Below, in pieces: positions 52,634 through 63,744 of a stretch of DNA of 64,000 bases; within the stretch, counting starts at the first letter, position 1; every line of letters begins with the position of its first letter. The stretch is from Octopus sinensis (lineage: Eukaryota): NCBI RefSeq assembly GCF_006345805.1, contig NC_043016.1, positions 14,384,001 to 14,448,000 on the forward strand. The letters are read 5' to 3'. Below the pieces are notes generated by a model. The model did not search any database. It was not told where the DNA came from and was given only the letters and a program-made list of their open reading frames with translations. The position numbers and the translations under genes were made by a program.

Positions 52634-55600
52634 CCTCTCTCTCTTATTGCTCTAATGTTCCTTTTAATATTAATATTTGTCCTAGTTAACATGATTACCA
52701 CATTTAAAGCCACTAAACTAAATCCTTCTAGGCAGTGCCCCAGCATGGCCACAATCCATTGAGTGAAGCAAATAAAAGATGTAAAAGAGTGTTTTGTTGT
52801 TAATGATGGGATTCACTGAATCATTTCATCTATAAAGGCATAAAAATGGATGTAATCATCATCATTATTGTTTAACGTCCGCTTTCCGTGCTGGCATGGG
52901 TTGGACGGTTTGACTGAGGACTGGCAAGCCAGGATTTTGCACCAGGCCCCAATCTGGCAAGGTTTCTACAGCTGGATGCCCTTCCTAATGCTAACCACTC
53001 CAAGTATGTAGTGGGTGCTTTTTATGTGCCACTGCTGGCATGGGGTCCAGTCAGGTGGCACTGGCATCGACCACACTTGAATAGTGCTTTTATGTTCCTT
53101 TTAATATTAAAACAACCACGCTCGAATGGTGCATGGCAGTAGCAATAAAATTTATCATTATTTCATTGCACAATTTCATTAAGTTATTCAAAATATGTTG
53201 AATTAAAATATTTCAGGGTTGTAAATTCTAAAGACGAAGAGATTGAACTGTATTCCTCAGTTGAATGTAAGGTGAGGAACTTTTTAACTATTTCTATACT
53301 TTAAATTTGACATTGTCTTCATTAAATACTGTTTTTTTTCTCTTTATGTGAAATGAATGTTATTAGTCATTTTTACTAGCTGTTACTTTTTACTTTTACT
53401 TTCACGGACCTTCATGGTCTACTGGGCTACTGCTTTGGTTTTCCATGATGTTAAGTGAGTAAAAGACAAATTCTCTTCTTGATAGGATTCCAGTCTGTTT
53501 ATCAAAAGAAACTTTTACCACAAGTGGATTCGAATTCAAGCTAATGAATCACTCCTCAATTTTATAGCACTGCAACTTACAGTATGGAAATTCACCATCC
53601 TGTGGTGTTACTTGAAGCTTGGTGAGCTGAGCCAATGTAAGTTTAGTGTACTGTGTACTGATGATACAATATAAACAACCAATTGGTTAGCTATTGTCTG
53701 GTACCCAACTACCGTTTTTTATTGCCTAGCACACCGAGAAGTGGGGCAATGCCTATAACCTTTCCAGGCCTTTCTACACTGGTGAGGTCAATATTGTTGA
53801 TGTTTACAATCAACTTATACACCCAAATCTATTTATATGTGTATTAATTTCAGTCTATGAACAAAGAGAAATACACATTTATAACCTTGTCATGCAACGT
53901 AATTTTTTGGTAGACGTTTTGTGCTTTGAATTTAGCATATTGATAAAAATATTTTTAAAATGTTTGAGTTGTTGAATGTTCTATTTACATCATAAAAACA
54001 TTTTTATTATAATAAACTCAAGTAATTATTCAAAACCTGACATGTACTAAAATATTTACCTAAGTAATGTATTTGTGTGAAAAACTAGAGTATAATAAAA
54101 AATTTAGAAACCTTGGTTTTCTCCTGCAACAAAAATTGTGATTTGAGAATAAATATTTATGGCTTTTTTTTGTTTTATAAAAAAAAAATTAAAATACTAA
54201 ACGCTTTTGTCATATGAGGGAGGACTGCATGGCCTTTTCTCTTTGTCTTTGGAACTGGTAGGGAAAAGAGCAGGAAAAGATTATGGCTCATCGCTTTGCC
54301 TCCTTCTGCCCCAGAACTCGATACTAATCACTATGTTCAGTTCTTCTGGCCAACAGTCATTCCTCCAAGCTAAACTAAAAAAAAAAAAAAATTGCTGAGA
54401 ACCATTCCATATGTTTACAGTATTAGCAGAGTGGACTCTGCTAAAGTCCTCCAGCTTTTAGCTGGTGGCTTTAAACAGGGTGACAGATTTAAGCTAACCA
54501 CCCAAGAGTAGTTACAGTTCTTCTAACTGGCTTCTATACAGTCTCTGTCTATTCAATTTTATGGTTTTACTTGATGTAAGAATCTAATAAAAGACAATTG
54601 ATCAGACTGCTCTATGTAGTATCCAAGTGATTCTGAAGTGAACATCTTAAACAAGTAGCCAAAACTGCATGGAATTATTCATTTTAAAACAAAAGTTGAT
54701 TTACATTAAGAATGCATATGTAAAGCTAATTCAGTATTTTCTAAAAATTCTTATTCAATTTTTAAAGAATTATTGGTACATGTTTCCAAATTTATAAATA
54801 ATTCATGTACAGACAAATATACTTTTTCCCTTCAAGTGAAACAATAATTTATTTTCTAAAACTGAGTAAATCTTTTTTTTTTCCAGGGTATTATTGGAAA
54901 TGATCAACGACATTATGTTCTAGATCTTCTGAGAACATTTCCTCCTGATGTTAATTTTCTTCCAGGTAAGATGAATTTGGTCAATGAAGTCTTTAGGTGA
55001 GATGATGCGGAGAATAAATTTGTGTGAGGGGCTGGTAGTGGAGATAGTAAAAAATTCAGAAGCTTGCTTCCCAACCAAATGGTCTTGAGGTTTCACCCCC
55101 ACTTCACAGCACTTTGGGCAAATGTCTTCTACTATAGCACTGGGAAAACCAAAGCCTCATGAGATTTGATAGATGGAAACTGAGAGAAGCCTGTTGTGTG
55201 TGTGTGTGTTTGTACATTGTTGTGTATATGTATTCTTGTCTTCTCACCTTATGATGGTTGTAAACAAACATCACCAACATACAAGTGTAATGTTATTTGT
55301 TTCCAATCTTCCATGGAAAGCATGTCTGGTGATATGGAAATACTACCTTATTGGGAAACAGGTGAGAGTTGGTGAACCGGAGTGTCGTCCAGCCAAATTC
55401 TATCTGACCCATGTAGTCATGGAAAAGTGGATGTTAAATGTGATGATGATACGTGTGTGCATGCATACGTATATATATGTGTATATGTTCCTATGTATCA
55501 TCATCATTTAACATCCATTGTCCATGCTGGCATGGGTTGGATGGTTTGACCAGGGCTGGCCAGCTGGAAGGCAGTACCAGACTCCTGTCTGATTTGGCAT

Positions 55601-57637
55601 GGTTTCCATTGCCAGACATCCCTCCTAATGCCAACCACCCTGAGAATGTAATGGGTGCCATTTGTGTAACACCAGTATCTGTCACTAATGCAATTTTACT
55701 TGGCTTGATGGATCTTCTCAAACACGGTATAATGCCATATGGACTCAGTCGTTGCCTCCGTAAGGCCCAACTCTTGAATGGTGCTTTTTATGTGCTACTG
55801 GCACCAGTGCCAGTTATGTGACACCAGCATCAGCCATGACTATGATTTCTCTTGGCTTGATGGGTCTTCTCGAGCACAGCATATCACCAAAGGTCTTGGT
55901 CATTAGTCATTGCTTCTGTGAGGCCCAAAGTTTGAAGATCATGCTTCACCACCTTGTCCCAAGTTTTCCTGGGTCTACCTCTTTACACAGCTGTCTTCAT
56001 CCATGACCATACCAGCACAGTCATCACTCTTGCACACCATATCTGATGCCTCTTCTGCCCAACTTTTTTCTCATGATGCTTACACTCTGTTGAACATGCA
56101 CACTGACATTGCAAATCCAGTGAAGCATACTGGCTTCATTTCTTTCAATCCTACGGATGTCCTTAGCTGTTACAGTTCATGCTTCACTGCTGTGTAGCAT
56201 AGCTGTTCGCACACAGGCATTATACAATCTACCTTTATATTCTGAGCGAGAGGCCCTTTGTTACCAGCAGAGGTAGGAGCTCTGCACTTTGCCCGGCCTA
56301 ATCTTATTCTCACAGCTATGCTTCTCATAGCATCCACCTCTGCTACTGACTTGATTACCTAGATAATGGAAGCTATCTACTATCTCTAGCTTACCCCACT
56401 GGCAGTTGATGGGGTCTATTTTCTGTACATTTTCAGTGTTCATTGTACTTGTGCATCTTCCGCACACAAAGGCTATTTTCCCTCTTAGCTTTCCTCTGAT
56501 ATTGCTGCACCTCTTATGTGTCCAAAGCTTACACCAGGTACATCTTATGGAGTTTCTACCTAGTCCTTTTCTATAAATGAGCAGGGCCATCTACCTGAAG
56601 GTTATTTGTGATCTTTCTGCCTTCCTACTTCCTAAGACTTTGATTTTGGCTAGATCAACTCTAAGGCCCTTTGATTCTAGATCATGATTCCATAGTTCTA
56701 GTAGTGATTCAGCTATAAGAACAAGGTCATCAACATAGAGGAGCTCCCAGGGGTAGTCTGTCTTAAATTTCTCTGTTATTGCCTGGAGGACTATGATGAA
56801 CAAGAGAGGGCTGAGCACTGATCCTTGGTGAACCCCTAATTGTACCCTGAATTCTTCACTGTGCTGGTAGCATCCCTGTACATGGCTTGTACAGCTTTCA
56901 TCAACCACTTGTCTATCCCTAGTTTCCACATTGACCACCAGATAAGGGATCAGGGGACCCTGTCAAAGGCTTTCTCCTTGTCAACAAAAGCCAAGTACAA
57001 AGGTTTATCTTTGGCTATGTATTTCTCCTGCAGCTGCCTTACCAGAAGTATATCATCAGTGGTGCTTTTCCCTGGCACAAGACCAAACTACTCTCAACCT
57101 AATTTATTGGATATGACCTTCTCTGTAACTATCATCACTTGATCCAACAATTTCTTACCTCTGTAATTATTTACCTTTACCCTTGTAGCAGTTGACTATG
57201 GTGCTGCTACACCAGTCATTGGGTACAACTCCTTCATGAACCACCTGATTTACAATATGGTTGACTAGGCCATAACCCACACTGCCAGATATCTTGAGCA
57301 CCTCAGCAGTGATTCCTGGTGGGCCAGGGGCTTTCCCTGTCTTCATATCCTAAATTGCTTTATCCACCAGGGTACTGTCGATTTGGGCAGCTGGTCCCTC
57401 AATTGGATCAACATTTGACAGACTTTCTTCCTCCCATTCATTCTCCATGTTTAGCATCTCCAAGCCTCTTTCTTTGCAGAATCATTAAATGCAAGTGCAC
57501 CATTATCCATGCGGACACATTTCTCTCCTTTGACATCACAGTTTTCACACAGTCTTGCAATCCAAAACACTTCAATTCTTTGATCTTCACATCACTGGAC
57601 ATAGGCAAACTTCTTCTTTTCTACTTCTCCCTTGGCT

Positions 57638-57706
<69 letters not shown>

Positions 57707-60700
57707 TATACACTTGTCTCCTAGCTTCCTTTCTGGCTATCTGATACGGTTCCCTGCTGCCCCAACTTTTCCAGGCATTCCAGACCCGTTTCTTTGTTCT
57801 AATGATCCTGTTTACAGCATCATTCCACCACGATGTCACCCTAGGCCAGGATGGGACTTAGCAAATATATGAATATATATACATGTATGCATACATATAT
57901 ACATACATGTTTAGATGCATATTTTTTATTAGCAGTATTGGTTCAGAATTGCATTTTGTATGCTGGTTTGAAGAAGGCCCTCGGTCCATCCGCAACCAAG
58001 TCAGCCCCTCTGAAATCAACTACTGGAGATCTCATCAGGGATCAAGGCAAGCAAATGGATAGATGGGTGGAGCACTACCAGGATCTCTACTCACGGGAGA
58101 CCACAGTGGCTGAGGCTGCAGTCGAGAGTGTCAAGATCTTGCCAGTCATGTGCGAACTTGACAGTCTGCCATCTATAGCAGAGCTCACCAAGGCTGTTGA
58201 CTCCCTAGCAAGAAATAAGGCTCCGGGAAAAGACGGCATCCCCTCAGAGACCATCAAAGCCGGCAAAAACACCATCCTGCTTCGGCACCTTCATGAGCTT
58301 CTGTGTCAGTGCTGGGAAGAGGGTACAGTCCCTCAGGATATGCGGGATGCCAACATCATTACGCTCTACAAAAACAAAGGTGACCGTGGTGATTGTAACA
58401 ATTACCGTGGTATATCCCTTTTAAGCACTGTTGGAAAGACCTTTGCCCACGTTATCCTGGCCAGGCTACAACTACTTGCTTCTCGAATCTATCCGGAATC
58501 GCAGTGTGGCTTTAGAAGAAGCAGATCAACTATCGATATGATATTCTCCATACGCCAACTTCAGGAGAAGTCCAGAGAGCAGAAAATGCCATTATATATG
58601 GCCTTCATTGATCTAACAAAGGCTTTTGACTCGGTAAGCAGAACAGGCCTCTTCCTCCTGCTCCAAAAAATCGGATGTCCACCAAAGCTGCTGAGGATCA
58701 TCAAGTCTTTCCATGATGACATGCAAGGCACCATACAGCACAACGGTTCAACATCAGCCGCCTTCCAAATAAAAAACGGGGTAAAGCAAGGCTGTGTCCT
58801 CGCTCCTACATTGTTTGGCATCTTCTTCTCACTCTTGCTGTCACATGCCTTTCAGACATCAGATGATGGAGTGTTTCTGCACAGTAGAAGTGACGGGAAA
58901 CTGTTCAATCTCTCGCGCCTGCGTGCCAAGACCAAAATCAGAAACGTCCTGATCAAGGAGATGTTATTTGCTGATGATGCCGCTCTGGTAACACACACAG
59001 AAGAAGCCCTCCAAAGGCTCATTAACTGTTTTGAGCAAGCATGTAACGACTTTGGCTTAGCTATCAGCCTTAAGAAGACCAACATCATGGGCCAGGCTAC
59101 ATCGGACATCCCAAACATACATATTGGAGACCACAGATTACAAGAGGTGGAGAAGTTTACCTATCTGGGCTCTACCGTCACCTACAACCTATCCCTTGAC
59201 GCTGAGCTCAATATACGCATTGGCAAGGCAGCTGCTGCGATGGCCCAACTCTCCAAACGGGCTTGGGACAACAATAAGCTGACCAAGACCACAAAAATGA
59301 AGATCTACCAGGCATGTGTACTCAGCACTCTACTGTATGGAAGCGAGACCTGGACGCTATACACACGCCAAGAGCGTCGCCTAAACATCTTTCACCTGCG
59401 CTGCCTCCGAAAAATCCTCCACATCAAATGGCAGAATCATATCCCCAACAAAGATGTCCTCAGGCAAGCAGGAATACCAAGCATGTTTGCACTCCTCACA
59501 CAAAGACGTATGAGATGGCTTGGGCATGTTAGCCGTATGAAAGATGGCAGAATCCCCAAGGACATACTCTACGGAGAGCTTGCTAGGGGTACTAGGTCTG
59601 TGGGTAGACCGATCTTGCGTTACAAGGATGTTTGCAAAAGGGATATGAAGGCCTGCAACATCAACATTAGCGGTTGGGAGGCAGTCGCCGGCAACCGTGG
59701 AGAATGGCGACGTACAGTAAAAGAGGGTATACAGAGGAGTGACAGAAAGAGAGAGGAGAAATGGAAAGAAAGGAAGAGACATAAACAAGAGACCATGGCA
59801 CTACAATCATCCAGGAACAGTCTTCGCTACATTTGCAGTACCTGCCAGAGGGAGTGTTTGTCCAGGATAGGACTACACAGCCACAGCAAGAAATGTAACA
59901 GGAAATAAAATATAACAGCCGGACTAGACCTAGAAAAAAAAAAAAAATGCGCAACTCCATTGTCTCCCGAGACAGAAAGGATGCCAAAAAGAAAGTGTGA
60001 ATATACTATAAAAAACCACAAAACTATAGTATACCCACACAAGTATACCTGGACTTAATGCTGGTGACAGTAATTAATGACTGCTCTTAAAATTTAACTG
60101 AAACTAAAAGCATTTTTTAAATCCATTCTAAAATCAAATTTTTTTCTATTCCTCAGTTGATGAAAATGAATTGAGCAAAGAATTAAGGTCATATGGTTTT
60201 CCTCGTCCACATAAACATAAATTGGCCTGCTTACGTCAGGAATTAACAGAAGCATTTGTTGAGTAAGTATATGTTAACTTTTAAAATCCCATAATGCTTT
60301 TCTCCAAATAAATTTTCTGTTTGAAACTAGAAATTTTGATGAAGTGCAGTTAGACCAGTATAAAATTCATAGAAATGTAACTATTGCATGAATTTGGATG
60401 AAATTTGCTGATATCATGTATTGGTTGCTGGAGAACATTGTGAATAGGATTTTTAGCTGTTGCCATGTCATGTTCACCTGTACAGATAGGTTTATTACAG
60501 GTAAATTGATGACATGTTGGTATTTTCAATTATATTTATAAGATATATATCTGTTCCTGTTAATTGATTTCCTGTCTCGGAGTTGAATAAGACTTTTGTC
60601 ATCTCGTGGCTATAATAGTAGACACTTTTCCAAGGTGTCATGCAGTGGGACTGAACCTGGAAATATGTGATTGGGAAGTAAACTTCTTACCATGCTGCTG

Positions 60701-62642
60701 TGCTTGTGCTTCGTTATCTCCACTTTTATCAACTGCACAATCCTTTTACACTAACCAGTGTCTTGCAGTAGATTGTCTTTTCAGTCCTGTCCAACAATCC
60801 TGTGTATTTGTATCCTGTAACTTCTGTGGTTAATGGATCTATTTGGCACTGATATCATTAAAAAAAAAGGATGAGGTTCATTTTGTAAAGTGGAAGGGCA
60901 TCCAACCAGAGAAGCCATTGGAGCATGAGGCAGTCCATGCACCCATCAGATCCTGTCAAACCATCCAACCCATGCCAACATGGAACATGGACATTAAATT
61001 ATTATTATTATTATTATTATTATTATTGAATGTAGTCATTCTGATTTTGTGGATATTGTAGACATTCCAGTTGTTTGCTTTTAAAAAAATATTTGAATGT
61101 CTATAATATTGATGATTTTATTTGTCTGATTGTATCTTGACATTTCAATCCTGTTTTCTTTGCATTGTACAATTATTTCGACTCAGTCTAATTTATTGTT
61201 TCAACAAATGACTATCATTTTGTTGTAAACTAATTTGTTGTAAATATGGACACAATTGTTTAAGCCTTTAGCATTTAAACCATCCATACCGAGCCCAAAT
61301 ATTCTATTTGTTTTATGTTCAAACTGGCCAGATCCAGCCTCTCACACCTACCCTCCAATGTTATTCTAAAAATAAACAATTGCATCATTGAAACCTCAAA
61401 GCTATGAGATAATGCAGGATTAATTTAAAAGAATGTGGATAAATAGGCATTACATTTGACAGAATAATCTGAATGCTGAAGGATTAAACTGGCCATATTA
61501 AGTCCAAATATTCTACCTGTTTTATGTTGAAACGGACCAGATTCAGTTTCTCATACTTACCCTTACAGTGTCATTGTAAAATTTAACAAATTTTGAGGTT
61601 AAAAGAAAATGCATGATTAATTCAAAACAATGTGAATAAATAAGTATTACATTTTAGTGAGTAATCTGATTGCTAAACAGTTAAGATATATTTAAGTAAT
61701 TTTGTTGCGACAAATTCTTTAATGGTCTTTGTATATTATTTCTCAGAAACAGACACATGATATTTGTGAGGAATGCAGCATTGGAATTCAAAGCAAAAAG
61801 AGAGAAAAGTGACAAACAGTCGGAAGATAAGAAACAGGTATCTTCTAAGATCTTATTAATTTTAAATAACTTTTTATTTTTTTCGAATTGGGGTTGATCT
61901 TTCAATATGTTAAGAATGATGAATGACAGGAGTTAGAAAAGAGGACCAAAGAACAACAAGGGAAGACAATGTAAATTATAAAGAACCCATGCTAGCATGG
62001 AAAGCGGACGTTAAATGATGATGATATCTGACAGTTAGGTGCAATATAGACATGTGATCTTTGGTTCAGCCCCACTGTGTGACACCTGAGGCAAGATTCT
62101 TCAAATATAGCTCCAGACTGATTAAAGCCTTGTAAGTGGATTGCCAATGCCGCCGTGACTGGCTTCCGTGCCGTCGGCACGTAAAAAGCACCCACTACAC
62201 TCACGGAGTGGTTGGCATTAGGAAAGGCAACCAGCTGTAGAAACACTGCCAGATCAGACTGGACCCTGGTGCAGCCTCCTGACTTCTCAGACCCCGGTTG
62301 AACCATCCAACCCATGCTAGCATGGAAAACGGGCATTAAACGATGATGATGATGATGATGATAACAGTAATGATAGATAGATAGATATGGAGAGTTGGCT
62401 CCAGCAGTATAGAAACCAGAAAACAATGTTGATCACAAAATACTGTGGAACAAAGGTGTAGATTATGTTGATCAGTTTCAGATGGTTAAAATAATAAATG
62501 ATATTAGTGTCACATTAATATTCCTTCCTTTTTTGTCTTTTCTAGGCAAATTCTGTGATAAAAACTGATTCCATAACTGAAGAAAGTGCAACAGATGTAG
62601 TGAAAAAAATTGTTGAAGCACTTAATGGCAATAATGAAACAT
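22294..62642 (+). CDS. CLUH: Clustered mitochondria protein homolog (clueless/CLUH), first 20 coding exons (2161 nt = 720 codons + 1 nt); gene continues beyond the window
   Basis: 20 exons with canonical AG/GT ends and fully compatible phases give an open frame with CLUH signatures: [126 protein letters not shown]. Confidence 0.95.
31152..31402 (+). CDS. CLUH: CLUH exon 2 (acidic N-terminus to ..[25 protein letters not shown])
   Basis: ttttttgtag| acceptor, |gtaagt donor, 251 nt, phase 1/0. Confidence 0.9.
32030..32745 (-). mobile_element. CR1-type LINE RT remnant
   Basis: [22 protein letters not shown], a degenerate version of QYGFR..STGDLL..VALDISKAFD. Confidence 0.65.
33604..33775 (+). 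CDS. CLUH: CLUH exon 3 ([34 protein letters not shown])
   Basis: ttttaccag| acceptor, |gtatgt donor, 172 nt, phase 0/1. Confidence 0.93.
36243..36383 (+). CDS. CLUH: CLUH exon 4 ([26 protein letters not shown])
   Basis: tttccttgtag|, |gtaagt, 141 nt, phase 1/1. Confidence 0.93.
36893..37413. mobile_element. ~520-bp non-coding interspersed element bounded by (TAA/CAT)n on both sides
   Basis: Sharp microsatellite boundaries 36871-36892 and 37414-37446; recalled as a common octopus repeat, family not verified. Confidence 0.5.
37870..37985 (+). CDS. CLUH: CLUH exon 5 ([25 protein letters not shown])
   Basis: attctacag|, |gtaaga, 116 nt, phase 1/0. Confidence 0.9.
38569..38638 (+). CDS. CLUH: CLUH exon 6 ([23 protein letters not shown])
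   Basis: tattccag|, |gtaaac, 70 nt, phase 0/1. Confidence 0.93.
38710..38790 (+). repeat. A-rich tandem repeat (aaatataaaata)n
   Basis: Direct reading. Confidence 0.85.
39671..39755 (+). CDS. CLUH: CLUH exon 7 ([28 protein letters not shown])
   Basis: ttttccag|, |gtgagt, 85 nt, phase 1/2. Confidence 0.93.
41789..41867 (+). CDS. CLUH: CLUH exon 8 ([27 protein letters not shown])
   Basis: cttccttccag|, |gtaaat, 79 nt, phase 2/0. Confidence 0.9.
42650..43210 (-). mobile_element. G-rich LINE remnant of uncertain clade (similar stretch at 46280-46640)
   Basis: Strong strand asymmetry and a second related region at 46280-46640; no diagnostic motif. Confidence 0.35.
44351..44501 (+). CDS. CLUH: CLUH exon 9 ([29 protein letters not shown])
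   Basis: ttgttttcag|, |gtaagt, 151 nt, phase 0/1. Confidence 0.93.
45821..45874. repeat. Perfect 23-bp inverted repeat with 8-nt loop
   Basis: ttttatcaatagttaatacagta-caaattga-tactgtattaactattgataaaa. Confidence 0.95.
46868..47004 (+). CDS. CLUH: CLUH exon 10 ([28 protein letters not shown])
   Basis: tatcttttag|, |gtttgt, 137 nt, phase 1/0. Confidence 0.93.
48152..48243 (+). CDS. CLUH: CLUH exon 11 ([30 protein letters not shown])
   Basis: cctctttaag|, |gtaagt, 92 nt, phase 0/2. Confidence 0.93.
49358..49460 (+). CDS. CLUH: CLUH exon 12 ([35 protein letters not shown])
   Basis: ttttcacag|, |gtaaga, 103 nt, phase 2/0. Confidence 0.93.
50641..50761 (+). CDS. CLUH: CLUH exon 13 ([30 protein letters not shown])
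   Basis: ttctaaaatag|, |gtactt, 121 nt, phase 0/1. Confidence 0.93.
51148..51239 (+). CDS. CLUH: CLUH exon 14 ([31 protein letters not shown])
   Basis: ctcttttaag|, |gtaggt, 92 nt, phase 1/0. Confidence 0.93.
52487..52527 (+). CDS. CLUH: CLUH exon 15 ([13 protein letters not shown])
   Basis: tatttgtag|, |gtgagt, 41 nt, phase 0/2. Confidence 0.85.
53217..53271 (+). CDS. CLUH: CLUH exon 16 ([19 protein letters not shown])
   Basis: tatttcag|, |gtgagg, 55 nt, phase 2/0. Confidence 0.9.
54887..54965 (+). CDS. CLUH: CLUH exon 17 ([26 protein letters not shown])
   Basis: (t)11ccag|, |gtaaga, 79 nt, phase 0/1. Confidence 0.93.
55960..57865 (-). mobile_element. Degenerate RTE-type LINE ORF2 fragment (second family, with Cys-rich insert), interrupted by a (TA)n expansion at ~57640-57700
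   Basis: Minus-strand pieces [59 protein letters not shown]; stops and frameshifts. Confidence 0.85.
57958..59990 (+). mobile_element. Young 5'-truncated RTE-clade (BovB-like) LINE with uninterrupted RT ORF, in CLUH intron 17, sense orientation
   Basis: ORF 57851..59908 (685 aa) has RT motifs [67 protein letters not shown] and a C-terminal C-x2-C..H-x-H..C knuckle ([21 protein letters not shown]). No APE domain. The short 3' UTR ends ..ccattgtctcccgagacagaaaggatgcc(a)n. Visibly GC-richer than its flanks. Confidence 0.93.
60157..60262 (+). CDS. CLUH: CLUH exon 18 ([35 protein letters not shown])
   Basis: ctattcctcag|, |gtaagt, 106 nt, phase 1/2. Confidence 0.92.
61747..61837 (+). CDS. CLUH: CLUH exon 19 ([31 protein letters not shown])
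   Basis: tatttctcag|, |gtatct, 91 nt, phase 2/0. Confidence 0.85.
62546..62642 (+). CDS. CLUH: CLUH exon 20 ([32 protein letters not shown])
   Basis: gtcttttctag|, |gtaagt, 97 nt, phase 0/1. Confidence 0.8.
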
Positions 62643-63744
62643 GTAAGTGTTTTATGTATAAACAACATATTTTTACAGGAAGAAAAGAAAAAAACAACAT
62701 TAAAAGTATAAATTATTGGGGGGGGGGCGTGGAAAGCCCATAAAAGTACCTCATCAAAGATACAAAGAAAAAGAAAAAAGGGAGCAGAAGATGGGGAAGG
62801 AGGGAGTAACAGGTTGTACACCCCAGAACAAATGGTGTGTTTAGTTGTGCCTAGCAGAGGTGCAGCAGACGTGATTGTAAAGGTGTTGCCATGGAGAACG
62901 GCCAGTGATAACCCACCTCAAGGGACTCATTTCTTAGGCTGGCTGCAGCTATCCCAATTTTGGAATGGAAATTGGCAAGTGTGAGGTCCAAGAACATCTG
63001 AGGCACAAACTGGTAGCAGCCAGTCAAGCTCCTCTATTTGTTTATTTTTCTCTTCTCTGACTTTCTCAGGAATTTCTGGAACCACAGATGACATTGGCTT
63101 ACACTTATTGACTGATCCCCATACACTGCATTAATATTCGTTGCACTTTCCATTGTGTTGTTGCCTTTATTGAACTTACAAAGCAAAATATACCAAATAT
63201 GCTCCTTTGTCACTTACGTTATAGCTTTAAAAAAAATTACTGTTAAAATCGAACTGCATTCTTCAAAACTTACACTAAGAATAAGTCAAAGGTAAAATTA
63301 CTTCCTGCTTTTATAGCAAATTGATACAGGTAGTTTATCCTGTTCCCCTCCGACTTATAGTTCATGCAACTGAAAAAATCCACATTATTTGTGGGATGAC
63401 CAAATATGTGTGTGTGTTTGTCAGTGTATATATGTGTGTGTGTGTGTTTGTCAGTGTATATATGTGTGTGTGTGTGCATAATGTCAGGTTGCTCATAAGT
63501 GCTACTGGTAGTGTGTAGTCTAGTATGACCTGTTGTATGGTCAGTCTGTTGGCAACTAGGACTGGTGAAGAGTAACTCAGCAGGATGTTAAACAATATCT
63601 GTCAAAAAGATAGATGTAACCATTGAAATGACAATGGCTATATAGTAATAGTGCAGGGACATCACCTTATTATATCAAAAATAATGTTTATTTATCCACA
63701 TTGGTTTGAATTAATCGTGCATTATCTCATAGCTTTGAGATTTT

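Noticed and set aside
57851-57957. ATG at 57851 as the true start of a standalone 685-aa RT gene
   Set aside because: The first ~35 codons come from the end of an older antisense RTE, a (TA/CA) low-complexity run and host flank. RTE similarity begins only at about [10 protein letters not shown].
57958-59908. RT as a retron, DGR, group II intron or telomerase
   Set aside because: Motifs, C-terminal knuckle and 3' end are those of RTE non-LTR elements; no accessory genes, template repeat or intron RNA structure was seen.
57930-60010. Target-site duplication around the young RTE
   Set aside because: No convincing direct repeat was found by eye between the 5' flank and the sequence after the 3' tail, so element ends are approximate.
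62760-63640. GC-richer stretches after CLUH exon 20 as further exons
   Set aside because: No phase-1 acceptor with a CLUH-like translation was found; more likely TE remnants plus a short (TG)-rich tandem repeat.
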